NCBI RefSeq assembly: GCF_006345805.1
Contig: NC_043013.1
Location: forward strand, 33,914,001 to 33,978,000
Length of the DNA: 64,000 bases
Reading direction: 5' to 3'
Origin: Octopus sinensis
Lineage: Eukaryota
Shown here: positions 27,130-41,058 of the stretch, in pieces
Layout: each line of letters starts with the position of its first letter
How positions within the stretch are numbered: the first letter of the stretch is position 1
The notes under the pieces: generated by a model
What the model saw: the letters and a program-made list of their open reading frames with translations, nothing else
Told to the model about the DNA's origin: nothing
The model's database searches: none
Made by a program: the position numbers and the translations under genes

Positions 27130-28061
27130 TATATATATATGTATGGATATATATATTCTTTTATTTGCTTCGGTCATTATATTAGAGAGAGAGAGAGAGA
27201 GAGAGAGTACCTATGAAACAGTAAATGAGATGGACTATAAGAGTAAGAGGAGGAGATGCAGCAAGTGGAGAGAATGAAAGGGGGGAGGATGGGGGGTCAG
27301 GACAAGAACGGGAGAGCTGGAAGAATGAATGGGAGACAAAAGAGAAAGACAAAGAGGAAAGTACCAACTTCAGAACAGATAAAGAAATGGAGTAAAAGAC
27401 AATGGAGGAAGCAGTGGCGGGGGTGGGGGAGGGGGTGGGAGGAGGGGGCTTAGATATTGAAGTGGAGGGTAAAAAAATAATGAAGAATACAAGGAAATCA
27501 GGGCTGAGGGAATGGAAACAAAATGGAATAAATAAATAACTAAACAAATAATGGTAAGAATGCTTGCAGGTGTGGGGAACAAAGCATAAAAGAAATAGGA
27601 AAAAAAAAACTAGAAATGGCAAGAATAATTGCATGGGAAGGAGGGAAGTAAAGGAATGAGTATAAATGGAGTGGACATAGATTGATGGATTAGCTGGATG
27701 CTGAAGACTTTGGCTGATTATCTAAATAAGTTAGTTTGGTCATCTAGATGGTGAGCTAATTATATATATGTGTGTATGTGTGTATGTGTGTGTGTGTGTG
27801 TGTGTGTGAATGTGTACACATGCATACATAAATACATATGGATAGATAGATGATAGATAGATAGATGAATAGATAAATAGAGAGAGAGAGAGAGAGAGAG
27901 TGACAGAGGCAGAGACAGACTGTGTGTGTATATATATATATATATGTGTGTGTGTGTGCGTGTGTGTATATATTTATAATATATATATATATATATGTAT
28001 GTATGTGTGTATATATGTATAACATATATATATGTATGTGTGTGTATACATATATATATCT

Positions 28062-28092
<31 letters not shown>

Positions 28093-28179
28093 GAGAGACA
28101 GACATAGGCAGATAGGTAGATAGATATGTAGATAAATAGAATGATAACTTAATAGTTAGGCAGACAGACGGACAAACAG

Positions 28180-28220
28180 TTTGATGGATGGATGGATGGA
28201 TGGATAGATATGTAGGTAGG

Positions 28221-28288
<68 letters not shown>

Positions 28289-28378
28289 TAGATAGATAGA
28301 TACATACATACATACATACATACATACATACATACATACATACATACATACATACATACATACATACATACATAGACA
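28180..28378. repeat. Compound tetranucleotide array (GGAT)-(GATA)-(GACA)-(CATA)
   Basis: Direct; successive blocks differ by single substitutions. Confidence 0.95.
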
Positions 28379-28954
28379 AGCCATCAACTATGTATCATTA
28401 TATAAATATGTTGTGATTTTCACAACATTTCTAATAAGTAAACACAGATGAGATTCAGTGGCATCAAAATTTAACGACTCAATCCTCACATTTAGCTGCC
28501 ACAAAGCTCACCTTCTGTTATCTAACTGCAAGACCTTATTTCATAAGATAAATACAAAAAATGACAGGAAAATCTGATTGTTTTCAAAATAGCTATAATT
28601 GAAAACCATCAGATTTTCCTGCCTGACCATTTAGCATAAGAATATCATTCTATATACATAATTAGTTATGATTATACTTGAATAGGTACAAAGACATGGC
28701 TCCTGTGTAGCAAAGAGGTTGGCGTCACAAATGGATGGTTTGGGGTTTAGTCCAAATGTGTGACATTTTGGACTAGTTTCTTCTACCTGAGCTGACCAAG
28801 GCTTTGTGAGGAAGTTTGCCCAGCAGAAATGGAAAGGAGCCATGGTGTGTCCATGGTACAACTTTTGTTGATTTTCGTAAGTGATACTGGTATTGGTCTT
28901 ACAGAAGCAGACCAAGACCACAATTATTAGATTCTGTTTTGTGTTTGTATGTTT

Positions 28955-29394
28955 ATTCTTTTATTCTTTTACTTGTTTCAATCACTTGACTAGGGCCATG
29001 CTAGAGCATTGCCTTTTAGTCAAACAAATCGACCCCTGGACTTATTCTTTGTAAGCATAGTACTTACTTTATCGGTCTCTTCTGCCAAACTGCTAAGTTA
29101 CAGGGGATGAAAACACACCAGCATCAGTTATCCAGTGATGGTGGCAGGGGCAGACATAGACACAAAGACACACACATAAATATATACATACACGCACACA
29201 CACACACACACACACACATACACACACACATATATATGTATATGATGGGCTTCTTTCAGTTTATGACTACCAAATCCACTTACAAGGCTTTGGTCAGCTT
29301 CAGGATATATTAGAAGACACTTGCTGAAAGTGCCAAGCAGTGGGACTGAACCATGTGGTTGGGAAGCAAGCTTCTTACCACACAGCCACACCTG

Positions 29395-29397
<3 letters not shown>
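28955..29397 (-). mobile_element. SINE family A
   Basis: Both arms plus central (CA)n. Confidence 0.88.
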
Positions 29398-29431
<34 letters not shown>

Positions 29432-29739
29432 TATGTGTGTTGTGTGTGTGTGCGTGTGTGTGTTGTGTATATATATATATATAATATATATATATATTAT
29501 ATATATATATATATAAAGTTGTACTGTTCCATGATGTTAAGCTCAACAAAAAAAAGTACTCCATCTGGTGAAAGATAAATGTTATTCAATAGATACATGC
29601 TTTTATGGGGGAACTACTAATAGTTTTTTTGTGCTGAGAACATGCCAAAAAAAGTTTTATAACATGTCTTACATCTTAGCACAGTCATCAGGCACAGCCC
29701 ATGTGGCATAACGAATGAAAAATTTCCAATTTTCAACTT

Positions 29740-30646
29740 TTAATTTGTTATACCTGATGACTGTGCTGAGATGTCAGATGTGCTATAGAACTTTGTTTGG
29801 CATGTTCTCAGCGCAAGAAACTACTAGTAGCACATAAAAAACATGCATTGTGTCCATCGAATAATACAAATCAAGCGACAAGGTGCGCAGAATTTGTGAA
29901 TCAAACTGAAAATGGAAACCTATTAAATAACATCCTATTCAGTGACGAAGCAATTTTCCATACATGTGGTAAAGTTAATTGACACAATTATTGTATCTGG
30001 GCAAATGAAAGACCATGTGATTTCATGGAATGGGAAAGAGACTCTAAAAGTTAACGTGTGGCTTGGAATAACTAAATTAACAATTTATGGCCCATTCTTT
30101 TTTCAAGAAAAACAGAAAGGGCTATTCAAAGTAGGTATCCCCTACCTTGCTATGCTCCAGCAGTTTTTAGAACCAGATTGTTAATGATAGCATTGTTGGT
30201 AGTGTCATGTTTCAACAAGATGATGCACCATGTTATTACACTCTAATTGTCTGAAATTACCTGAACAGTCACTTTCCAAATCAATGGATTGGACATGGAG
30301 GACCCAGACCTTGGCCTCTGCATTCCCCAGATTTAACTCCCCTGGATTCCTTTGCGTGGGATTTTATCAGAATAAAAGTGTATCAGAGAAAAATTAGTAA
30401 TTTAACTGAACTTAAAGAATGCATACATACAGCGGTGCTAGGAAAAACCCCTGAAATTCACCAAAATGTTTTCCGCAATGCTAAAGATCATTTTGAAATC
30501 TGCAGAGATATGGACGGAGCTTATGTTGACTCATTTAGATGAAATTGTTGTATTTTTTGTTTTTGATTATTTTTTTTATTGTTTTGATCATAGTTTAACT
30601 GGAAATTAAAAGGACTGAAAACAAATTAAAGTTTTGGGACACCCTG
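29740..30646 (+). mobile_element. Tc1/mariner superfamily DD41D (rosa-type) transposase pseudogene with 3' TIR
   Basis: ILFSDEAIFH (first D), FQQDDAP (D at 30219), SPDLTPLD (D at 30345): 41 codons between D2 and D3; in-frame stops; ends gttttgggacaccctg|TA; 5' TIR not seen. Confidence 0.85.
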
Positions 30647-30786
30647 TACAATGTACAGTGTACGCATAACGTTGAAATTTTGTGCAGACCACAATACAAA
30701 CATGATCAACATAATTCAGTTAAAAAAATTGCATAAAAGTTTCGGATTGCATCAAAATGCACAGCTAATTTATGTATATCATAGCT

Positions 30787-31085
30787 TTGGGCTGACGAAA
30801 GCTTTGTGAGTGGATTTGGTAGATGGAAACTGAAAGAAGCCTGTCGCATATATATATATATATATATGTATGTATATGCTTTTGTGTCTATGTCTGATCC
30901 CCACCATTGCTTGACAACTGATGTTGGTGTGTTTACATCCTTGTAACTTAGCGGTTCCGCAAAAGACATCAATAGAATAAATACTAGGCTTACAAAGAAT
31001 AAGCTCTGGGGTCAATTTGTTCGACTAAAGGCAGTGCTCCAGCATGGCTGCAGTCAAATGACTGAAACAAGTAAAAGAATGAAAG
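30787..31085 (+). mobile_element. SINE family A, 5'-truncated
   Basis: End of the left arm, (TA)n centre, right arm and tail. Confidence 0.88.
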
Positions 31086-31658
31086 ACATAATGTGTGCGT
31101 GTATGTGTATATACAAGTATATATACACAAGTACACCTTTGTATCAGAATGTACATATATATGTATATATATATATAAATATATATGTATGTTGAAAGAA
31201 AGACAGAGAGAGAGGGAGGGAGGGAAGGATGGAGAGAGATAGGGAGGAATATAGATGTAAATATAGATATGAGTTTGCATGCACGAAATAATCCCTCACA
31301 AATTGATCTCTGGAATAAGAGTAAAAAAAAAAATCAGTTGGTGTAATATACTGTAAAATGACTGACTTAGCAAAATCATTTGTCAGTTCATGAAGTATAT
31401 GGCTATCTCCTTTGAGACATAATCAGTTGAAATCTAATCATATCTTTATGTGTGTGTGTTGTGAGTGTGTCTATGCAGTGTGTGAGTGTTTCCCTGTGTG
31501 TATGAGATGGCGTTTTTTGGATATGAGGCTGGATATGGTTGCCAAAATCTGTTGATGTACATGTGCACACAGGCTTTCTAATATATCATAAATACATACG
31601 TACATAAGCACACAACAGCATACATAGATGCACACATATATCCACCCATTCATCAATC

Positions 31659-31735
<77 letters not shown>

Positions 31736-31745
31736 TATATATATA

Positions 31746-31785
<40 letters not shown>

Positions 31786-31923
31786 ATGTATATATATATG
31801 TATGTATACATAATTTATATATATTTTAGTAATCTATATATTTCTGTATCTAGATAGACTGGTATAGTTAAGTAGATGGATAGATATATACACACATATA
31901 TACATGTACATATACATATATAT

Positions 31924-31954
<31 letters not shown>

Positions 31955-32523
31955 CCAATGTGAGCACTAACACAGACATATATTTAGGAATGTATGATAA
32001 TTTATGCATACATATCCATAAATAATCATGTAAATATGAAAGGAAAGACAGATGTAAACAAAACTGCTCTCAGTATGGGTGTATGTATGTGTGTACACAG
32101 AGAAATAATACATGCATATACACATATATATTTGCATATAGCCATATATATACATACGATATATGAACTAATTTTTTTGACAGCTGTCAATCCATTTGCT
32201 ATTTTTTTTTCCCCCTTGTAGTCTTTTTGATTCCAGTACCATATACCATTAAAAGTATGTAACGTTTGGTTTGAAGATAACACTATCATCTCTTTCGGCC
32301 TGTTTGTCTGTCCGTCTGGCTTTCTGTAACATTCCCTCTTTCTCTCTCTCTCTCTCTCTCTCTTTGTTGCTCTACATTATTTGTTTTGGTGGCATTGGGG
32401 AAGTGGAAAAAAAATTGATAAAAACCAAAATTGTTTGAATAATCAGTTGCCATGTTCTGTGGTCAAATTACTGGAGGAAAAAGGATGTGTTTTTCTATTA
32501 TTATTATTATTATCATTATTATT

Positions 32524-32988
32524 GAGTGAGAGAGCAGTTCATGCCATCAAAGTGACACTGGGGTAAAATATACGAAGCCCAATATACCCATCATGACTAC
32601 CCGTCTGATAAAGGTACACCAGGTACATGCATCACAACCATATGTGCGCGACATGGTGATCTCATATCAAGATAAACAGCACATGACCTTGCAGGTGGGG
32701 CCCAGTTAGAATTTTCTTCAGTTTCAGTAGCCCATCCCGCTCAAACGGTCCCTGAATAAGGGTTGTTTAAGGATGTTGAAAGAACCACCCATGTTTCCAG
32801 AGGTGAACTATTCAAACCCCAAAGAATCCCTCTCAACACATGGCTATGATGCTCCCCCACTACTTCTGCTCGTGATCAGAGATGCACATATCGTCAGCCA
32901 CTAAGGGACATGCTCAACTGGTTATGGTCAAACAACTGACAAGCAAATCTGTGGTATTGAGCAGAATATTTGCTGTAGCCCATCTTTT
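32524..32988 (-). mobile_element. Repeat family D: (AAT)n-tailed retroelement-like fragment
   Basis: Second copy at 62735-63137; on the minus strand it runs into (AAT)n. Strand and class are inferred. Confidence 0.7.
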
Positions 32989-33004
32989 ATATTATATTAT
33001 TATC

Positions 33005-33038
<34 letters not shown>

Positions 33039-33194
33039 GGTATTTATCATTATCAGCATCATCAAAAATGCACTATTGCAAACCAGTGATGGCAACCTCT
33101 GTAAAGGTCGTGCAAACACGCTAGAAATAGCAACCAAATTTCTTTCAAATTATATACTGCTTGGTTAAAAAAATAGAAGGGTGTAGGCCATATA

Positions 33195-33431
33195 TTTATT
33201 TCTTTATTGCCTACAGGAGGCTAAAAATAGAGGAGACAAATAGAGAAAGACAAAGGGATTAAGTCGATTACATCGACTCCAGTGACTAACTGGTACTTAT
33301 TTAATCAACCCCGAAAAGATGAAAGGCAAAGTCGACCTTGGCGGAATTTGAACTCAGAATGTAACAGCAGACGAAATACCACTAAGCATTTCGCCCGGCA
33401 TGCTAATGGTTCTGCCGTCTCGCCACCCTTA
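33195..33431 (-). mobile_element. SINE family B
   Basis: Reverse complement of the family B head and body. Confidence 0.88.
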
Positions 33432-33712
33432 AGTAGGCCTTATATTGTAATCCAAGATAGACCATGTCAAAAAAAATAACATAGGATATTTATGGTAAAT
33501 TTATTCAATCATGGTTTAGGCAAAGTAAAAGAGCACCCTAAATCTAGACTTATTATTATTGTTGCATTTTTGTTATTGTTGTTGTTATTATTATTTAGGT
33601 TTGTCTCAAGCTGGGTCTTATTCCTGGTAGGGATTATGTGGATAGCACATTACTACCTGTAACCTTAAAGATAGACAAGTCTTCAACAGTATTATTATCA
33701 TTATTATTATTA

Positions 33713-33747
<35 letters not shown>

Positions 33748-33750
<3 letters not shown>

Positions 33751-34215
33751 TAGTTTTATTTTTATAGCATGCTTTCACTTCACTACCGAGCGCAGCTCTG
33801 TGTGCCTTGGGTATGTGCTGTGATTTGTTGTGATGCTCTGATGGTTATTGTATGGAAAGTGTTCTGCGTAGGATGTGTGCAGTGCCTAGTAGTGCAATTT
33901 TCTGTATGTTATATGTGTTTGTAAGTCCTGGTGTTTTTGTTATGTATTTGTCTGAATATTTTTTTATCATGCCTAATGCACCTACTATGATAGAATTGTT
34001 TCTGTTTTCAGATTCCACATTCTAGTTACCTCTATTTCCAGGTCTTTGTATTTTGAGAGTTTCTCCATTTCTTTTAGAGACACGTTGTCATCTGCCGGTA
34101 TTGATACATCAATTAGAAAGCATTTTTTTTCTTCATGATCTCTGACAACTATATCTGGTCTGTTGGCCTTAATTTCTCTATCTGTGTGTATCGGCATATC
34201 CCAGAGTATGGTTGC
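33748..34215 (-). mobile_element. R4/Dong-like non-LTR retrotransposon 3' end (restriction-like endonuclease)
   Basis: TILWDMPIHTDREIKANRPDIVVRDHEEKKCFLIDVSIP...KLSKYKDL (PD..D..K RLE motif), frameshift near 33995, then GALGMIKK...LLGTAHILRRTLSIQ*; (TAA)n on both sides. Confidence 0.88.
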
Positions 34216-34246
34216 TTATTATTATTATTATTATCATTATTATTAT

Positions 34247-34733
34247 TCAGGCATTGAGCTGTCAGTATAGCTAGCACACCAGGTGAAAAGCTTAGCGTTA
34301 TTTTGTCCGTCTTGATGATCTGAGTTCAAATTCCACCAAGGTTGACTTTGCCTTTCATCCTTTTGGGGTCGATAAAATAAGTACCAGTTGGACTCTGGGG
34401 GTCGATGTATTTGACTAGTCCCCTCCACCAAAATTGCTACCTTTGTGGCAAAATTTGAAACTACTATTATATTATTATTATTATTATTATTAATATTATT
34501 ATTATTATTATTATTATTAAGATGGGAGAGCTGGTAGAATTGTTAGCATGCCAGGCAAAATGCTCAGTGGCATTCCATCTGTCTTTACGTTCTGAGTTCA
34601 AATTCTACCAAGTTCAAACTAGCCTTTCATCCTTTCATGGTTGATAACTTAAGTACCAGTTGCATAATGGGCTGATCTAATCGACTAGCCCCTTCTCCCA
34701 AACTTTGAGGCCTTGTGCCTATAGTAGAAAGGA
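34247..34733 (+). mobile_element. Two tandem SINE family B copies (34247-34462, 34519-34733) separated by (ATT)n
   Basis: Each has the gagttcaaattc B box and an (ATT)n tail. Confidence 0.88.
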
Positions 34734-34763
34734 TTATTATTATTAATATTATTATCATTATTA

Positions 34764-34812
<49 letters not shown>

Positions 34813-35329
34813 CATCATTATTATTAATTTTTTGTTGTATTACCATTATTATTATTATTATTAATTATTATTATTATTATGGAGGTGGTGAGATTGCCCG
34901 GGCTTGTGCTTCAGAGAGTAACTTTCTAGGTGCAATCCCATGGTCATTCATGAATGAAGGGGTTCTTTACCCCTTAATCACGTACTTCTTGCAGAAGTGG
35001 CTCGCTTTTACCAGCTGAGTGGCAAGGCATTAAATAGTTGTGGTACCTTGAATCCCAGGCTCCTGCTTGGGCACTGATTTACTGTCTCACCTTTCCTAAT
35101 TTAGAAACACCTGTGCACACACACACACACACAGATACATACATGCACATGTGCATGTGAGTGTGTATGTACAGCTATTTCCATCTCACAATTTTCAAAA
35201 GGAAAAAGCATCAACCCAGCAAATGACTGTCGAAAAGGACAGTGCCCCATGGTACTGCACAGTATGATTGAACCTTGAACCATTTGGTTGGTAAGCAAAC
35301 TTATAAACTACACCTTCATTGCTGTATAT

Positions 35330-35515
35330 ACTTTTATTCTTTTATTTGATTCAGTCATTTGACTCTGGCCATGCTGGAGCACCGCCTTTAGTCGAACAAA
35401 TCGACTGCAGGACTTCCTCTTTGTAAGCTTAGCACTTATTCTATCGGCCTCTTTTGTTGAACTGCTAATTTACAGTTATCAAACGTGATGTTGTGGGGGG
35501 AACACAGACAAAAAA

Positions 35516-35572
<57 letters not shown>

Positions 35573-35732
35573 CGATGGTCTTCTTTCTGTTTCTATCGAC
35601 CAAATCCACTCACAAGGCTTTGGTCAGCCCAAGGCTACAGTAGAAGACACTTGCCCAATGTACCACACAGTGAGACTGAACCCGGAACCATGTGGTTGGT
35701 AAGCAAGCTACTTATCACACAGCCATTCTTGC
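35330..35732 (-). mobile_element. SINE family A
   Basis: Both arms plus central (CA)n(TA)n. Confidence 0.88.
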
Positions 35733-36234
35733 ACTTGTGTATATATAAATACCCCCCCCCCCCCCACACACACACACACATATATTACATTAATTATGGA
35801 GATAATTATAAAATTATAAGTATAAAAATTAAAACATACACAATAATTTCTGAAAATCTGAAAATTATTTTAAAATCAATAATAGATAAAAATTAATAAA
35901 TTAAAAAATTAATTAATTGAAAAAAAAATAGAGAAAAGAGACAAATAATGAAAAAATTAAATAAATGAATCTATACACTGCCTTAACCAGAGAAATACTA
36001 GTTTTCCAATACGTTGAACACTAAGCTTTAGCAAAATCATAACTTTTGCTCTCTTAATTTTGCCATTAAAACAATTTATATTATTATCATCACCATCATC
36101 ATTATCACCACCATTATCATCATCATCATCATCATCATCATCAATTTTCAGAAATTTACCAAGCACATTAGCATGGCGGATGAATATTCTGACACTGATT
36201 TCCCTTGATGATAGCGAAGGGTATATATGTGTAT

Positions 36235-36305
<71 letters not shown>

Positions 36306-36719
36306 ACACGCATACAAATACAATACATATATATAATACATAAATATATATGCATATATAATACACATACATGTAGCTTTATATATGCGTACATGTATGT
36401 GTATATGCATGTATACTGTAAATATATTGACACGCTATTAACAATTAATAGCAGCATATTAATGATGCTCTAATGCCATTAGTGAAATTAGGTCTACCTA
36501 AAACTTCACCTAATGCATATCTAGCTTATCTCTGTATCTTTGGTGATATGTATGTGGCTGTATGCATACTGTATGTGTATATACATTAAGGTGTATATCA
36601 GGGTAATGCATGATGTATATATGCTCATGTCTATGTATGCGAGTCTGTATATGCATTTATGCTGGTTCATATGTTTGTATGTGATTTTCTATGTATATAT
36701 ATCTGCATGTATATGTGTG

Positions 36720-36757
<38 letters not shown>

Positions 36758-36900
36758 CACACATGTGTATATATATGTATGTTTTAATATATATATATAT
36801 ATATATAATATATATATATATATACACAGATACATACACATCTACACATGTATCCATAAACCAACAGACACAAACACACAAATAAGTGTATACATATACA

Positions 36901-36964
<64 letters not shown>

Positions 36965-36968
<4 letters not shown>

Positions 36969-37205
36969 CTAGTGGTTACAGCATTGTACTCCAGATCATA
37001 AGGTCAGGAGTTTGATTTCTAGATCAGGTGGTTCAATGTATTCTTGAGCAAGACACTTCATTTCATGTTGTTCCAGTCCACTCAACTGTGAATAGGTAAC
37101 TCTGTGGCAGAATGTTGGCATCATTTGAAGGCTAAAATAATGGGGACGCATTGTGACCAGTGATGTATAACAACATCCAATAGTCTGGTCGATACTCGAT
37201 ACCAT
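36965..37205 (+). mobile_element. Diverged tRNA-type SINE (family E)
   Basis: Head ctagtggttacagcatt...gagtttgatttc, body cttgagcaagacactt; related to the minus-strand copy near 40200-40300. Confidence 0.6.
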
Positions 37206-37361
37206 TGTAGATATATATATATATATATATATACTTTATTTAAAAGCAGCAGAAATATAACAAAAGCTGTTACTCAGAGTTTTAAATAGGGCATATTACT
37301 CTACCTCTGGTATTTGAGTACTCTTTTTTCCACCTTGTTTCACATTTATGTGCTTACTCCA

Positions 37362-37414
<53 letters not shown>

Positions 37415-37420
<6 letters not shown>

Positions 37421-37598
37421 GCCTGTCTGACTGGCTCTTGTACCGGTGGCATGTAAAAAGGCATTAGGAAGAGCATTCAGCTGTAGAAACATTGTCAGAT
37501 CAGATTGGTGCCTGGTGCGGCCGCTAGCTCTCCAGACCTCAGTCAAACCATCCAATCCATGCCAGCACGGAAAACAGCTGTTAAACAATGATGATGAT
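37415..37598 (+). mobile_element. Retroposon family C, 3' part
   Basis: Ends gccagcacggaaaacagctgttaaacaatgatgatgat. Confidence 0.8.
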
Positions 37599-38364
37599 AT
37601 GTGTCTATTTATATATATATGATTATATATAAAGTTAAGATCCAGGGATCTAAGTGTAGGAAACTAGTAAGACTGAAGCAGTCTGTAGAAGGTATGAAAA
37701 CAACTTTTGAGGAACAATGGTGATTTATTGATGTAGATGGTTGTAAACTTTTCCCGTATCACAGTTAGCAGCAGTGGTTGCTGTGTATGTGAAATAAAAT
37801 TTTAATTTAGGAAGTGAAGTAGGTAAAATCCATACTACATATGTTTCTTATGTAGCAGAAACTCAGGAATAGTAGTTATTCAATGAGTGGTACTCTGCTA
37901 GCTACTCATTAGACCCAAGATACATAAGGCAGAGAAAGATTACATTGTATGTGTCTGTGTGTATATGTGTCTGTGTGTACATGTGTCTGTGTGTGGATGT
38001 TGTTTCAACATCCTCATTCATATTGAGTGAAATAAGGGTTGGCTACAGGACAGTCATCCACCTATAAGAAATTTGCTGGAAGATGTCTCGTCCGACCTAT
38101 GCCAACATGGAAAAATAGTCATAAGATAAAGTGACGATAACGATGATGATGAAGGTATTTTTGTATGCCTCCATCATTTCCACTGTTGTTGTCATTGGTG
38201 TAGCTGTCATCACCCTCGTCATCATCATCACCATCATCACCATTACATTCAAAATCATCATCAACAACATCATCATTATCACCACCACCACCACCACCAT
38301 CATCATCATTGCTGTCATCACCATCATTACCATTATTAGAGTACAATGGAAATAGTAGTTGTGA

Positions 38365-38725
38365 TACTTATGCCGGTGGCATGTAAAAAGCAGCATCCGA
38401 ACGTGGCTGATGCCAGCGCCGCCTTGACTGGCTTCTGTGCCGGTGGCACATAAAAAGCACCAACCGATCATGGCTGCTGCCAGCCTCCCCTGGCACCTGT
38501 GCCGGTGGCATGTAAAAAGCACCCACTACACTCACAGCGTGGTTGGCATTCGGAAGGGCATCCAACTGTAGAAACACTGCCAGATCAGACTGGAGCCTGG
38601 TGCAGCCTCCTGGCTTCCCAGACCCCAGTCGAACCGTCCAACCCATGCTAGCACGGAAAACGGACGTTAAACGATGATGATGATGATGATGATGATGATG
38701 ATAATGATGATGATGATGATGATGA
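38365..38725 (+). mobile_element. Retroposon family C with a long (GAT)n tail
   Basis: Three internal gtgccggtggcaY-taaaaagcac repeats; ends acggaaaacggacgttaaac(gat)n. Confidence 0.85.
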
Positions 38726-39037
38726 TCTGTGCCACAACGAAAGAGTCGTTTATGCAATCATTTGACCTGCATGAAAGAGTAGGCAAATCTCCCTCAAATT
38801 TTACACCCTTTGTCTTAAAACAGAGCTACAGATTATACCATATAGTCCTAACTAGAATGTCTGTCACGAAAAATGCTCTGCAATAGATAATGTCCATTAC
38901 AATAAATAGTTTCATTAGATGCTTTCCAAATAGGTTGTTCATTAACAGATAGCATTAATCAATTAATTATTTGACTTAAGAATTTACAGCAAACAGACCC
39001 ACATAAGTATATCACAAGAATTACAGCAATAATAAGC

Positions 39038-39900
39038 ATTTCCAATTTTGGCATAAGGCCAGCAGGTTTGATGGAGTGGGTAAGCCAATTACATCGACCT
39101 CAGTATGCAACTGGTACTTATTTTATCAACTAAGGAAAGATGAAAGGCGAAGTTGACCTCGACAGATTCTGAAATCAAAATGTAAAGACGGACAAAATGC
39201 TGCTAAGCATTTTGCGAGGCATGCTAATGATTCTTATTTCTTTATTACCCACAAGGAACTAAACATAGATGGGACAAACAAGGACAGACAAAGGGATTAA
39301 GTCGATTACATCGACCCCAGTACATAACTGGTACTTAATTTATTGACCCCGAAAGGATGAAAGGTAAAGTTGACCTCGGCGGAATTTGAACTCAGAACAT
39401 AAAGATGGACAAAATGCTAGTTATTTTGCCTGGCGTGGAAACGATTTTGCTAGCACACCACTTTAATTATTATTATTATTATTATTATTATTATCCTAAA
39501 GGCAACGTTATTATTATTATTATAAAGGCAAAGTTGACCGCGGTGGAATTTGAACTCAGAACATACCAGCAGATGAAATACCACTAAGCATTTTGCCCAT
39601 TGCACTAACAATTCTGCCAGCTCTCCACCTTAAAGATTCTGTTAAAGATTCTGCCAGCTCTTTGCCCTCAATTACAGCAGTAATAATGGTTTAGAATTTT
39701 GGCACAAGGGCAGCAATTTTGATGGAGGAGACACGTCAATTACATTAACCCCAGTGCTTGACTGGTTTGTATTTTATTGACTTTGAAAGGATGAAAGGCG
39801 AAGTCAAACACAATGGAATCTGAAATCAGAATGTAAAGATGGACGAAAAGCTGTTCAGCATTTTGCGCGGCATGTAAACGAATCTGCCAGCTCACCCCAA
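39038..39900 (-). mobile_element. Cluster of about four SINE family B copies or fragments in the same orientation
   Basis: gaaaggatgaaagg..aagt-like body at ~39135, 39352 and 39786; gaatttgaactcagaa also at ~39546; (ATT)n in between. Confidence 0.85.
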
Positions 39901-39924
39901 CCCTCAATTACGGCAGCAATATTA

Positions 39925-40300
39925 ATAAAGACTTGTCATCAAGAGCAATATCAGGAAATATAGTAACACATAATTTAAAGTGTAAAGACCCCCTTCAGTT
40001 AGGAATGTCCATGGGATTGCCCCTAGAAAGTTACCCTCTGATGCGCAAGTCCAGGCAAGGTTGTTTTTATGGAAGACCAGCAGTCACCCATGCATATCAG
40101 CCTCCTGTCTCCACACTATCAATATTAACCAAGAAAAAAGGCAAAGACCAATATAACTTGGTACCAGCGATGTCACAACTCATTTCTACAGCTGAATGAA
40201 CTCAAGCAATGTGAAATAAGTGTCTTGTTCAAGAACACGACACACAGCCCAGTCTGGGAATCGAACTCACTATAGTTGTGAGCCCAACGCTCTAACTGGT
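39925..40300 (-). mobile_element. tRNA-type SINE (family E-like)
   Basis: Minus-strand head gttagagcgttgggctcac...gagttcgattcccagactggg, then gtgttcttgaacaagacactt. Confidence 0.65.
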
Positions 40301-40499
40301 GAGTCATACACCTTCATATAATTTAACTTTTATTAACTAACCCATTGTATCATACCTCCCTCATATGATGGGTAGCACTCTAATCAATTTATACTGCTGG
40401 ACAGTAATATAGATAAAGAAATATTCACCTATATTTATATATAAATATATATGCATATATATGTGGCAATAAATTTATCTTTCCAATATCTTATACATT

Positions 40500-40546
40500 T
40501 AAGTATCTTCACATATCTGTCTATCTATCCTTGAACCTAACTATCC

Positions 40547-40615
<69 letters not shown>

Positions 40616-40764
40616 CTATCTATCTATCTATCATCTATCTATCTATCTATCTATCTATCTATTATCTATCTATCTATCCATCTGTCTATCTATCTATCTA
40701 TCTATCTATCTATCCATCTGTCTATCTATCTATCTATCTATCTATCTATATCTATCTATCTATC

Positions 40765-40831
<67 letters not shown>

Positions 40832-40840
40832 CTATCTATC

Positions 40841-40884
<44 letters not shown>

Positions 40885-40918
40885 CATCTGTCTATCTATC
40901 TATCTATCTATCCATCTG

Positions 40919-40953
<35 letters not shown>

Positions 40954-40954
40954 G

Positions 40955-41041
<87 letters not shown>

Positions 41042-41058
41042 GTCTATCCATCTAGCTA
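40500..41058. repeat. ~550-bp (TCTA)n array with TCTG/TCCA variants
   Basis: Direct; longest tetranucleotide array in the window. Confidence 0.97.

Noticed and set aside
27418-27449. G-run cluster able to form a G-quadruplex
   Set aside because: Lies within low-complexity purine-rich sequence; no functional context.
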